A DNA stretch of 64,000 nt from an uncultured bacterium. GTDB lineage: Bacteria; SAR324; NAC60-12. The stretch is taken from the NCBI GenBank assembly GCA_965662235.1, contig CBFIGY010000002.1, positions 192,001 to 256,000 on the forward strand. The letters are read 5' to 3'. A program made the translations under genes and the position numbers. How positions within the stretch are numbered: the stretch's first letter is position 1; each line of letters starts with the position of its first letter. Below, one piece after another: positions 48,227 through 57,753 of the stretch. The notes beneath the pieces were generated by a model. That model did no database searches. It was not told the DNA's origin and worked only from the letters and a program-made list of their open reading frames with translations.

Positions 48227-48384
48227 CGGTTATGAATGAAGGTGAAGGGTCCGTGTTGCTCAGGACAGCAGAGCCGGCTCTGGCTCCGGCCGCAAGGGGT
48301 CGAGTGTTTCAGGTCCGGTAGCATAGCACAAGCAAAGTTGTCCGGAAATTGCTTTCTCCTTCTTAATTGAACTCAGGAGTTGAC

Positions 48385-49215
48385 ATGAAAGAGGATTTGC
48401 AAAGTTTTGGGGTTGCGCTTGGAGGAGGAGCCTTCCGGGGAGCAGCTCATTTGGGAGTACTGAAGGCGTTGGAGGAAGAAGGCCTCCGGCCCGGGTTCCT
48501 TGCGGGAACCAGCGCTGGCGCCATGGTCGCCGCCTTCTATGCCTTTGGCGTGTCTCCTGAAGACATTCGCCAACTGGCCCGGGAGCTGAAGTGGCTCCGG
48601 GTGTCCAGCTTCACCCTTTCCAAAATGGGCCTGCTCTCCAATGCCGAAATTGGACGCTTCATGGAGCAGCACCTCGGCAACGTCTTGCTGGAAGATGCCC
48701 CCATTCCACTGGCCGTTGTGGCCACCAACATTCAGACGGGGGAGAAGGTCGTCATCAAGAGCGGACCGGTCGCGCACGCCGTGATGGCCAGCACCTGCAT
48801 TCCCGGACTCTTCACCCCGGTGCAGACGCAGGACCAGATGCTTGTGGATGGGATGCTTGTGGAGAACGTTCCGGTCTCCGTCCTCAAGGCAATGGGCGCT
48901 CCGCTTTCGGTTGCCGTGCACCTGAGCAGCGACCACTACCGGAAGCCTCAGAGTCTTGCAGAGGTCCTGCTCAACGCCCTCACCGTTGCGGTGAATCAAA
49001 CAACGCAACGGCAGCTGGAACAGGCCGATGTCATCGTCCATCCGAATCTGGACGGCTACGGACTCATGGACCCCAGCAACAGCGTCAAGCTTTATGCGGA
49101 AGGCTACCGAGCAGGCGTTTTGGCGGTGGAGCAGATCCGGCAGGAGCTGGAGAAGCAGGGGCCGTCATCGTTTGAAATCCTGGAGAAACGCTTTCGTCAG
49201 TGGCTTCACTCCTGA
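48385..49215 (+). CDS. Patatin-like phospholipase
   Basis: LGGGAFRG, GTSAG, VDG. Confidence 0.9.
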   Translation: MKEDLQSFGVALGGGAFRGAAHLGVLKALEEEGLRPGFLAGTSAGAMVAAFYAFGVSPEDIRQLARELKWLRVSSFTLSKMGLLSNAEIGRFMEQHLGNVLLEDAPIPLAVVATNIQTGEKVVIKSGPVAHAVMASTCIPGLFTPVQTQDQMLVDGMLVENVPVSVLKAMGAPLSVAVHLSSDHYRKPQSLAEVLLNALTVAVNQTTQRQLEQADVIVHPNLDGYGLMDPSNSVKLYAEGYRAGVLAVEQIRQELEKQGPSSFEILEKRFRQWLHS

Positions 49216-50789
49216 GGCCCCTGACGTTTCCGGAGGCGCTGCAGCAGCTGACGTGCCTGCGGATCTCGGAGTCCCAGCAGCAAGGCGCCGTAGAGGGCGC
49301 CTCCTCCCAGAATCACCCCCAGAAACCAGGCCCAGTTGAACAGCGACGCCGGGCCCTGAGACCAGTCATGCTGCGCCCCCTGGTACACCAACGCGCCCAT
49401 CACTCCTGACGCCAGCAAGTACCGCAGGGTCTGCCCTGCCGCCCCCTGACCTGGGAGTTTGCGACGAAGCAGGGTTTGCAGCATCAGCCACTGAAAAGTG
49501 GTTCCAGCAGAAAGTCCAAGGGCCAGCCCGGTGACATTGAGGGACTGACTCCACCACCATCCCAGTCCCCCGGTCACCATGATGCTGAGGAAGGAGACCC
49601 AGACCGGCGTCCGGGCGTCCTTCAACGCATAAAACGCAGAGGTCTGCAGCCGGATCAAGGCAACTGCGGGAAGACTAAGGGCAAAGGCCTGGAGCGCCTC
49701 AGCTGTTTGCTGAACATCGCTCCAACCGTAAGCGCCATGCAGGTAGAGCATCGCAGTGATGGGCTCTGCAGCAGCCAACAGTCCTGCTGCTGCCGGCAAA
49801 ACCACCAGTAGCGTGGACGCTGTGCTGAACCGCAAGATCGCTACCGCGTCCTCCCAACGTTCCTGAGCGACCCGTTTGCTGAACTCCGGAAAACTGGCAT
49901 TGGTGATGGCAAAGGCAAAGACCCCAAGGGTCAGCTCCGTCAGGCGGCTCGCATTGTAGTAGTGAGTGACCTGTCCTTCCGGAAGAAAGCTGGCTAGGTT
50001 TCGGAGGACAATCAGGTTGAGCTGATACGCTGCCACCCCAAACAGTGAAGGCCCCAGCAGGCGCAGCAGCTTCCGAATGTCAGGCGTCCAGCCCGCCGAG
50101 CTCCAGAACCGTTGGGGCGTCAGCGACTGCCCACACTGCCGTAACGCCGGAACCTGCAACAGCACCTGCACAACGCCTCCCAGCAGCACCCCCCAGGCCA
50201 CCACCTCAATTGAGGCCTTCCCCCACAGAGTGCTTCCGAGTGCCGCCGCAATGATGCCGAGGTTCAGCAGCACCGGTGCTGCTGCCGGCGTCGCAAAACG
50301 CCGCTCCGCGTTCAAGACGCCCATGGCCCAGGCCACAACAGAGACCAGCAGCAGGTACGGAAACATCCAGCGCGTCAGTTCCACCGTCAGCGCAAACTGC
50401 TCCGGACGGTCAGCAAACCCTGCTGAGAAGAGCCAGACAAGTTGGGGACTGAAGAGCAGGCCCAGGGCCACCAGAATGCTGGTGACCGCCAGCACCAGGG
50501 CCAGCCCCTGCGCCGCAAACTGCCGGGCGGCAGCCACACCACGCTGCTCCCGGACTTCGGTGTAGATGGGGACAAAGGCCAGGTTCATTGAGCCCTCGGC
50601 CGTCAGGCGCCGGAAGATGTTGGGAATCGTAAAGGCCTGGATGAAGGCATCAAGGGTGCCGGAGGCGCCAAAGAGGTGCGAAAGGGTCAGGTCCCGGACG
50701 GCGCCAAAAATTCGGGAAAGCAGGGTGAAGCCGGCAATGATGCCGGATCCCCGGAGAATGCTCCGGGAAGACGAACGGGCTGCAGACAC
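49206..50789 (-). CDS. murJ: Lipid II flippase MurJ (MviN)
   Basis: SRIFGAVRD, AFTIPNIFRRLTAEG, FYALKDARTP. Confidence 0.93.
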   Translation of the reverse strand: MSAARSSSRSILRGSGIIAGFTLLSRIFGAVRDLTLSHLFGASGTLDAFIQAFTIPNIFRRLTAEGSMNLAFVPIYTEVREQRGVAAARQFAAQGLALVLAVTSILVALGLLFSPQLVWLFSAGFADRPEQFALTVELTRWMFPYLLLVSVVAWAMGVLNAERRFATPAAAPVLLNLGIIAAALGSTLWGKASIEVVAWGVLLGGVVQVLLQVPALRQCGQSLTPQRFWSSAGWTPDIRKLLRLLGPSLFGVAAYQLNLIVLRNLASFLPEGQVTHYYNASRLTELTLGVFAFAITNASFPEFSKRVAQERWEDAVAILRFSTASTLLVVLPAAAGLLAAAEPITAMLYLHGAYGWSDVQQTAEALQAFALSLPAVALIRLQTSAFYALKDARTPVWVSFLSIMVTGGLGWWWSQSLNVTGLALGLSAGTTFQWLMLQTLLRRKLPGQGAAGQTLRYLLASGVMGALVYQGAQHDWSQGPASLFNWAWFLGVILGGGALYGALLLGLRDPQARQLLQRLRKRQGPQE

Positions 50790-51302
50790 TTAGGGTCGGG
50801 GGAGGAAACGGTAGTTCTTGGGCGCATAGGGCGAGACGTCTCGGCGCTCCTGCCACTGGTCCTTGGCATTCCGGAGCCGTCGGTACGACAGTGGATCGTT
50901 CGGAGAAAGGTTCTCCAGAGCCTTCTTGCGGGCCGCCGCCGTCTGCAGGCGCCGGTAGTTCAGCGGATTGTTCAGCGGAGGTGGGTTGCGATGCAGTTCC
51001 TGCAGTTCCTCCACCGTCGAACGCAACCGGGAGTAGTCGAGCGAAGTGTTCGGAGACTCCACAGGAGGAGGGGTCTTCGCCTCTCCCACGTGCCGCTGCA
51101 GCCCTTGGTAATCCAAAGGAGGGTTTGGACTGTTGGCCGGCGTCGGGCGAAAGCGCGACTGCTGCTTGGCCACGCTCAGGATCGAGCGCGCCATGGATCC
51201 GTTGTCTGGAGCGCGGGAGGCCGGTGGTTGGCTTTGGGCGAGGAGCGCCACGGCTCCTGTCATCACGCCCAGCAGGCTTCCCCAGATTTTCCAGCGTATC
51301 AT
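50790..51302 (-). CDS. Exported protein with repeated PLxYxxL motifs
   Basis: Signal peptide and 4-5 internal repeats; abuts the murJ start. Confidence 0.7.
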   Translation of the reverse strand: MIRWKIWGSLLGVMTGAVALLAQSQPPASRAPDNGSMARSILSVAKQQSRFRPTPANSPNPPLDYQGLQRHVGEAKTPPPVESPNTSLDYSRLRSTVEELQELHRNPPPLNNPLNYRRLQTAAARKKALENLSPNDPLSYRRLRNAKDQWQERRDVSPYAPKNYRFLPRP

Positions 51303-51401
51303 GATGGTACGGGTGAAGAGTGTTGTGAAGGATCGCTTACATCCGGATAAGGACTCTCATGCAACCTTTGGCCCCCATGGAAGAAAGTCGTTTCAGAGGC
51401 C

Positions 51402-52190
51402 TCAGAACCCGCTGCAGAAGGGACTGAGTTCACTCCGGGAGGCACACAGGGCCTCAGCGCAGCGGGCCAGCGCCACAGGCACACGTCCGGACAGATTTTG
51501 ACGCGCTGCTCCTGCACAGCGAACCGTCCGGGCCTCTTCGTCTCGGACCCGACCCGACCCGGCTGCGCAGACCTCACCAACGGCCTTCAGCTCCGACCAC
51601 TCGGGGAGGGACTGTAGCTCCTGCAGCACCGGTTCCCGGACCCTCCGGAGGGTCTGAACACGCTGGCGTGGGTCCGTCAGTTCCGCACACGTGGACGCCC
51701 GAGACACCACCTCGCGGGAGCGTGACGGTGCCGGATTCCACAGCTGCCACAGGGCCACCAGGAGCGCGAGGCCAATGCAGATGAACAACACGGCCAGCAA
51801 CCCCGCCCAGGGAAAGCGTCGCCGCGGCTTGCCCCGGTCCCGGAAGTGCAGCTGAAAGAGCTGAACCTTGCCCTGGGACGATTCCTCGTTCAGGCCAGGG
51901 GTTTTGCCAAAGTTGAGAACCGTTCCCACCAGCTCCACCCGTTCCACTTCAGGCGCTTCCATGGCCTGCGCGACATCGGAGATGGCAATGAGCTTGCGGG
52001 TGTACTTCTCCAGCAGGCGCTGCACCTCCGGACGCTGTTCCCAGTTGTCCCGAGTGATGGACGGGTCGGTGATTTTCGCAAAGTCCGCCTTGCTGAAGAT
52101 CTGGGCCTTGCGCCCTGCCGGAGGTCCGTTGTCACAGACCCCAATGGGGCGCCACTCGCTGAAGGGGATCTTGTCGTCCGGTGCCGGCAT
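51402..52190 (-). CDS. Single-pass membrane protein with a Cys-rich C-terminal domain
   Basis: TM segment after RRRFPW, 6 Cys in the C-terminal region; starts 3 bp after the exbD stop. Confidence 0.65.
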   Translation of the reverse strand: MPAPDDKIPFSEWRPIGVCDNGPPAGRKAQIFSKADFAKITDPSITRDNWEQRPEVQRLLEKYTRKLIAISDVAQAMEAPEVERVELVGTVLNFGKTPGLNEESSQGKVQLFQLHFRDRGKPRRRFPWAGLLAVLFICIGLALLVALWQLWNPAPSRSREVVSRASTCAELTDPRQRVQTLRRVREPVLQELQSLPEWSELKAVGEVCAAGSGRVRDEEARTVRCAGAARQNLSGRVPVALARCAEALCASRSELSPFCSGF

Positions 52191-52193
52191 GAG

Positions 52194-52592
52194 TTACTTG
52201 GGGGAGACGCCAAACGAGACCTTCTGGAATCCGGCGGCCTGGGCCACATCCATCAGTTCCACCACCTTCCCATGCTCCACACGGCGGTCGATCTTCAGGG
52301 TCAGGGGCCGGTCGCCTTCGCTGGCATGCAGGGTCCGGAGGGCGTCAGGCAGCTGTTCGGTTGCCAGCGCCGTGTTGTCGAGAAGGATCTTGCCATCAGC
52401 GTTCATCTCCAGCACCAGCTCCACCTGAACCTCATTCTGTCCCTGTGCGCTCTCCGGAAGCTCCATGCCCACCCCAAATTCCGAATCCAGCCGCGAGGAA
52501 ACCACAAAGAAGATGATGAGCAGGAAGAGGATGTCGATGAGTGGGGTCAGCGACACGCTGGGGGTGCGGCGCTTCTTCTCAAACAGCTCCAT
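52194..52592 (-). CDS. exbD: ExbD/TolR family protein
   Basis: LTPLIDILFLLIIFF, IDRRVEHGKVVELMD. Confidence 0.92.
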   Translation of the reverse strand: MELFEKKRRTPSVSLTPLIDILFLLIIFFVVSSRLDSEFGVGMELPESAQGQNEVQVELVLEMNADGKILLDNTALATEQLPDALRTLHASEGDRPLTLKIDRRVEHGKVVELMDVAQAAGFQKVSFGVSPK

Positions 52593-53242
52593 CAGCGCTT
52601 CTCCGGAGTCTTGGGCAAGAGCTTGCTGACCACGTACAGAACCTCTTCTTCCACCCGGAGGGTGATGGAATCCACCTTGCGTCCCAAGAGGGTGAAGGCG
52701 ACCAGCGCCGGAATGCTCACTCCAAGACCAAACACCGTGGTGACCAGGGCCTCGGCGATGCCACGGCTGAGGATCTCGTTGCGTCCGGGTCCCTCAAGGG
52801 AGAGGTTTTCAAAAACACTGATCATGCCAATCGCGGTGCCCAGCAGTCCCAGCAGAGGCGCAACGCCAACAATCAGCTCGAGAATGGCAAACCCCCGTTC
52901 CAGCCCATGCCGTTCCCGTCGGGCCTGATCGGTGAGGGCTTCACGGAACTGCGAAGGCGTGCAGGGCAACGCTGCAATGGCGTGCTGAAGGATGCGTCCC
53001 ACCGGGTGATCCGTCGCAGGCTGGAGCTTGGAGGGACGTCCTGGGAAGGTTTCAACCGCTTCCCGGAGGGCGTCCAGGGCATCCTTGGGCAGCTGCCGCC
53101 GGTGCTGCAGGACCCAGAGCCGCTCCACAATAACGGCCACGGCCAGCAGGGAGCAGAGCAGCAGAGGCCAGATCAGAGGTCCGCCGCGCTCCAGCACCAG
53201 CGCTAGATTTTCCGAAAAGAGGGAGAAGATGGAATGTTCCAT
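52592..53242 (-). CDS. exbB: ExbB/TolQ/MotA proton channel
   Basis: APLLGLLGT, GIAEALVTTVFGL. Confidence 0.92.
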   Translation of the reverse strand: MEHSIFSLFSENLALVLERGGPLIWPLLLCSLLAVAVIVERLWVLQHRRQLPKDALDALREAVETFPGRPSKLQPATDHPVGRILQHAIAALPCTPSQFREALTDQARRERHGLERGFAILELIVGVAPLLGLLGTAIGMISVFENLSLEGPGRNEILSRGIAEALVTTVFGLGVSIPALVAFTLLGRKVDSITLRVEEEVLYVVSKLLPKTPEKR

Positions 53243-53305
53243 GAGGTTCCTAATCAGTCATCAAGAAGCAGAGGCCAAGGCCTGTAGGGGGCAAAAAGGC
53301 CGTCA

Positions 53306-54598
53306 TCAGCCGTCTCCGAGCAGCCCATAGCGTTTCCGGACTTCCCGGAGCAGGTCGGCAAAGCGCTGGTACGCTGGCTCCACCTGCACCACGCCCTTCA
53401 TCGCCTTCTGGGCAAAATTGAGGAGGGGGACCATCTGCTCATGCGGAATGGAGGCCACGCGACGTTGCTTGTGGGTGAACAGCGCCACCTGGGCAAACTC
53501 CATCAGAATCGGTACATCCGACTGGCTGGGCTGGCGGAGGGTGGTGCGCTTCACGGCGCGGTAGTAGGCTTCAATCACCCGCAGCAGCGTCGGACGGACG
53601 GCGCCATCTAGGGTAGGGTCTCCGCACCGAAGTCGCAGCAGCAGCAGCCGGAGCGCCTCCAGCCGAGTCCGGCCTTCCATGAGAAACGGAATGGGGTTCT
53701 TGGGCTCAATCGCCTGCATCCGCTCGGCCACCCGGAGGGCAAGGGCGTGCAGGGGGTAAACCTCCTTGATCACCTCCAGCACGGCAACCACCTTGCGGCT
53801 CAGCAGGGCTTTTTTGTCCGGAATGAGTCGCGAGGAGTGAATGTCTCCCAGAAACTGCCGGACCTCTGAGGGCTTCGGGTCGTACTGGTTGAGCATCGAC
53901 AGGTCGAGGGGAATGGAAAACGAGGCCTGGAGGTTCTTCATCAGGTTCCGGGAGAGGTCCATGAGCCGGAGCGCACACTCCACCTCCCGGACCAGGTCCG
54001 CTTCAGGCGTGCCTTCGGCGCCCTGGGTGCTCTTCATCAGGTCCTGCATCGAGATCATGTCCACGTTCACGCCCTTGAGCTGCTTGGAGCGGACCGTCAG
54101 GACCTTCTTCTTGCCGAAGGTGTAGACCATCTTGAGGTACAGCCGGTAGGCCTGCACCGCCACCTGCAGGTGCTTGGGGGTGATGTGACCGATGTACAGC
54201 GGCAGGCAGGCCTGAATGAGCAGGTTCCGGTAGTCCTGAAAGGTGCCCTTGTGCCGTGACGAGAGGGCCATGAGGACCAGCTTCAGGCGCGGTTCCGTGA
54301 ACGCCGGATCGTCTTCTAGCTGCCGAACCCAGCTTTCGGCTTCCCGCAGGTCGGCTTGGAAGGGCAGGAGGTCTCGGCCATTGAGGTGCGCCACGGTGAC
54401 GTCCGCCAGCAGTTCCTCTTCACCAAACAGGCCCTTGATGCGGTCCACCACCGAACGCTGGTGCAGTCGCTGAATGTCGGAGGTGATCTGGATCAGATCC
54501 GCTTGAATTGGGCCAAACTCCAGGTGCGGCATGCCCAAGGAAGCCGGCTTCCGAGGCGAAGGATCCAGGGTTTCAGGGTCCGGAGACATGGAGGTCAC
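53306..54598 (-). CDS. Hypothetical helical protein (430 aa)
   Basis: Long ORF with genome-typical codon usage; GTGA overlap with the upstream gene. Confidence 0.75.
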   Translation of the reverse strand: MTSMSPDPETLDPSPRKPASLGMPHLEFGPIQADLIQITSDIQRLHQRSVVDRIKGLFGEEELLADVTVAHLNGRDLLPFQADLREAESWVRQLEDDPAFTEPRLKLVLMALSSRHKGTFQDYRNLLIQACLPLYIGHITPKHLQVAVQAYRLYLKMVYTFGKKKVLTVRSKQLKGVNVDMISMQDLMKSTQGAEGTPEADLVREVECALRLMDLSRNLMKNLQASFSIPLDLSMLNQYDPKPSEVRQFLGDIHSSRLIPDKKALLSRKVVAVLEVIKEVYPLHALALRVAERMQAIEPKNPIPFLMEGRTRLEALRLLLLRLRCGDPTLDGAVRPTLLRVIEAYYRAVKRTTLRQPSQSDVPILMEFAQVALFTHKQRRVASIPHEQMVPLLNFAQKAMKGVVQVEPAYQRFADLLREVRKRYGLLGDG

Positions 54599-55530
54599 GG
54601 GGCAAAGTTCTGAACCTGGGCCTGCACCACGTAGCGCTGATAGCGGGCAATCGCCTCCGGAAGCGGCTCAAACTGGAGCATTGACACCCCCGACAGTACC
54701 GCTTCATCGAAGTCCCCGGATCCGCTGCTGGAGAGTAGTTCCGGATCCACAGCGGTGCCGTCTGGCAGAATGGAAAACTGAACCATGGCGCTCAGGCCAA
54801 TGGCGTACACCTGCAGGTTGAAGGACAGGTTCCGGAGCACCCGGGCCACCGTGGGGTTGTAGCGTTCCTGAGCAACGACATATGGGTCCACCGGCTCCTG
54901 AAAGTCGGATTCCGGTTCCTGAACTAAGGGGATTTCCGTGGGGAGGTCCAGGGGTTCTTCATCCAGTTCCTGTTGCAATTCTGGGGGCAAAGCCGGGGCC
55001 GCAGGGGACGTTTCTTGAGCCGTGGGTTTCCAGCGATCCTGGGGAGGAATGGTGCCCAGCAGAGCCAAGGCAACCCGGTCGGTCATCTGCAGCAACCCCG
55101 TGGCCTGACAGGAGTCGCAGAAGCTCGTGGCCGAACGTTCAATGCTGGTGGGCTGCTTCAAGAGGACCTGCTTGAGCATCAGCTGTGAGCTGGTTCCGAC
55201 CCGGACCAGCTGGGGCAAGAAGATGCGCTCCGCCTTGAGACGGTCCCGGAGGTCCTCCAAAAAGCGAGAGACTTCCAACAGGCAGCGTCGATCGGGACAC
55301 GATTCCGGGTCTGCAGAATCGTACCCCCGTTCTTGGATGCGTCGCATCTCCACCGTCGAGATCAGCGGTCCCTGAGCATTGAGGATCTCTGCCAGACGGT
55401 TGGCAATCAGCTGCTGTTCCGACTCAGGAACCTCACCGACCACATGGACGGGTCCCAGGGCGTTGGGAGACTGAGCCAGGGCAAGGCCGCCAAGGAGGAA
55501 GAGGCAAAGAAACAGGAGACAGGATCGCAT
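54595..55530 (-). CDS. Exported protein with a TonB/TolA-like C-terminal domain
   Basis: Signal peptide LALA-QS, Pro/Glu linker, VQFSILPDG...SSSGSGDFDEAVL...FEPLP. Confidence 0.75.
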   Translation of the reverse strand: MRSCLLFLCLFLLGGLALAQSPNALGPVHVVGEVPESEQQLIANRLAEILNAQGPLISTVEMRRIQERGYDSADPESCPDRRCLLEVSRFLEDLRDRLKAERIFLPQLVRVGTSSQLMLKQVLLKQPTSIERSATSFCDSCQATGLLQMTDRVALALLGTIPPQDRWKPTAQETSPAAPALPPELQQELDEEPLDLPTEIPLVQEPESDFQEPVDPYVVAQERYNPTVARVLRNLSFNLQVYAIGLSAMVQFSILPDGTAVDPELLSSSGSGDFDEAVLSGVSMLQFEPLPEAIARYQRYVVQAQVQNFAP

Positions 55531-55651
55531 GGACACTCCGGGACATTCTGGTTGAAAACGACGGGCCAATTCGCTATAGTGCGTGTGGTTTTGCCCCAGG
55601 CCGGAAACCCAGCCACCGGGGACTCTAACGAACTCTAGCAAATACTGTCCC

Positions 55652-55765
55652 ATGACGGAAACGACCTGGCAATTGATCATCACCATTTTCGCCGGAGTCC
55701 TAGGACTTCCCTTTTTGTTGGGCTACCTCTACTACCTGATGGACCCGAGCCGCAAGAAGGACTAA
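55652..55765 (+). CDS. Putative 37-aa single-TM membrane peptide
   Basis: MTETTWQLIITIFAGVLGLPFLLGYLYYLMDPSRKKD: hydrophobic helix followed by a basic tail. Confidence 0.5.
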   Translation: MTETTWQLIITIFAGVLGLPFLLGYLYYLMDPSRKKD

Positions 55766-55860
55766 TGGTTGCGAGGCCTGGGTTTCGCCTCAGGCGACAG
55801 GCCTTCCCGCCCCTTTTCTCCCTTCCCCCGCTGTGCCGCGCCCCCTCTGGCGATTGGGCA

Positions 55861-55888
55861 TTGACATTTCTTCCCAGCATCTTATAGT
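55861..55888 (+). promoter_or_regulatory. Sigma-70 promoter of ilvC
   Basis: TTGACA-N16-TATAGT. Confidence 0.6.
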
Positions 55889-55936
55889 TCGAGGGTTTCA
55901 CCTCTGCAGTCCCTCTTACCCCTTTGGAGCATCCCA

Positions 55937-56986
55937 ATGAAGGAAATTGAAATCAACGGAATCAAAGAAACCATCGTCGAGCGTTCGGACTACCCGATTG
56001 AGCGGTGCAAGGAGATCTTGGCCAATCAGACGACCACCATCCTCGGTTATGGTCCCCAGGGCCGTGGCCAGGGACTGAACATGCGGGATCAGGGCTTCAA
56101 CGTCATTCTGGGACTCCGCAAGGGCGGCAGCTGGGAGAAGGCAAAGGCAGACGGCTGGGTGGAAGGCGAGACGCTCTTTGAAATTGAGGAAGCCGTGCAG
56201 CGGGCAGACATCCTCCAGTTCCTGCTTTCTGATGCCGGACAGATTCAGATGTGGCCGACGGTGAAGGAAAACCTCAAGGAAGGAGCCGCCCTGTACTTTT
56301 CACACGGCTTTGGAGTCGTCTTCCACGAAGACACCCACATTGTTCCTCCAGACAACATCGACGTCATCCTGGTGGCCCCCAAGGGCTCGGGACTGACCGT
56401 CCGGACGCACTTCCTCGCCGGTCGAGGGATCAACTCCTCCTTTGCCATCCATCAGGATGCCACCGGAACCGCCCGAGAGCGCTGCATTGCCACCGCCTTC
56501 GCCATTGGCTCCGGACACCTGTTTGAGACCACCTTTGAGCGGGAAGTGACCAGCGACCTCACCGGCGAGCGCTGTGTGCTCATGGGCATGCTCCAGGGCG
56601 CCTTCCTCGCCCAGTACGAAGTGCTCCGCGAGCATGGACATTCCCCCTCAGAAGCCTACAACGAGACCATTGAGGAAGCCCTCCAGAGCCTCTATCCGCT
56701 CGTGGCTGAGAAGGGCATGGACTGGATGTATGCGAACTGCTCCACCACCGCTCAGCGCGGTGCGTTGGACTGGGCCCCACGTTTCTACAAAGCGATCAAG
56801 CCGGTGGTGGAAGAGTGCTACCAGAGCGTGATCAGCGGCAACGAAGCCCGGATTTCCATTGAGTCCAACTCCCGTGACGACTACCGGGTCCAGTTGGAAA
56901 AGGAACTTGCAGAGATCGATGCTCAGGAGATGTGGCAGGCCGGTAAACTGCTCCGCCCGCTCCGTCCCGAGAACGCCGAGCTGTAA
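55937..56986 (+). CDS. ilvC: Ketol-acid reductoisomerase
   Basis: LGYGPQGRGQGLNMRD, FSHGF, VAPKGSG, SDLTGER, CSTTAQRG. Confidence 0.95.
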   Translation: MKEIEINGIKETIVERSDYPIERCKEILANQTTTILGYGPQGRGQGLNMRDQGFNVILGLRKGGSWEKAKADGWVEGETLFEIEEAVQRADILQFLLSDAGQIQMWPTVKENLKEGAALYFSHGFGVVFHEDTHIVPPDNIDVILVAPKGSGLTVRTHFLAGRGINSSFAIHQDATGTARERCIATAFAIGSGHLFETTFEREVTSDLTGERCVLMGMLQGAFLAQYEVLREHGHSPSEAYNETIEEALQSLYPLVAEKGMDWMYANCSTTAQRGALDWAPRFYKAIKPVVEECYQSVISGNEARISIESNSRDDYRVQLEKELAEIDAQEMWQAGKLLRPLRPENAEL

Positions 56987-57068
56987 CCCCTTCCGGCGAT
57001 GAAGCAACGCGGCAGGCTCAGCTTGCCGCGCCCCCCTCCTTCCTCCCTTTCTCCCTGCTGTGACCGCG

Positions 57069-57530
57069 ATGAAGTACTGGTTGATGAAATCGGAACCAAA
57101 CGTCTTTTCGATCCAGGACCTCCAGCAGTGTCCCAACCAGACGGAACCCTGGGACGGCATCCGGAACTACCAGGCCCGCAACTTCATGCGGGATGAAATG
57201 CGCATTGGAGACCGGGTCCTCTTCTACCACAGCAACATCAATCCCAGCATTGTCGGAACCGCCCAGATTGCCAGTGAGCCCTATCCGGACGCCACGGCTT
57301 GGGATCCCCACAGCAAGTACTTCGACCCCAAGAGCACCCCTGAAAACCCACGCTGGATTCTGGTCGATGTCACCTTTGAATCCGAATTTCCTCGCCCCCT
57401 TCTGCTGGCCGAGCTTCGGGAAACTCCGGGGCTGGAGGACATGCTCCTCCTCCGCAAGGGGCAACGCCTCTCCATTCAGCCTGTGACAGAAGCCGAATTT
57501 CAGGTCGTCCTCGCCCTCGCAGCCGCGTAA
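57069..57530 (+). CDS. EVE domain protein
   Basis: YWLMKSEP, WDGIRNYQARNF, FYHS, RLSIQPV. Confidence 0.93.
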   Translation: MKYWLMKSEPNVFSIQDLQQCPNQTEPWDGIRNYQARNFMRDEMRIGDRVLFYHSNINPSIVGTAQIASEPYPDATAWDPHSKYFDPKSTPENPRWILVDVTFESEFPRPLLLAELRETPGLEDMLLLRKGQRLSIQPVTEAEFQVVLALAAA

Positions 57531-57753
57531 CCTCCTGCTGCCTTACAGCCACTCTACGGCCCGGCCCTTCGTCGGCACCCTCTGATTTCAGCAAACAATT
57601 CACGTGTTTAAGCGTTTTTTGCAGCCGTCTCTGGGCGATTGCTAGGAAAAACGTAACAAAGCCTTCTCAAGGCTCCGAATTTCGTTATCATGTGGATCAG
57701 CTTACATTTTCGTTTTGTCTGTTGTTGGTTGAATCTCATGTGAAGGAGGGGGC

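Noticed and set aside
55652..55936. Ile/Leu/Val attenuator leader for ilvC, or a PsbI homologue
   Set aside because: A sigma-70 promoter lies between the peptide and ilvC, and the peptide looks like a TM helix. The PsbI likeness is limited to DPxR and there is no photosystem context.
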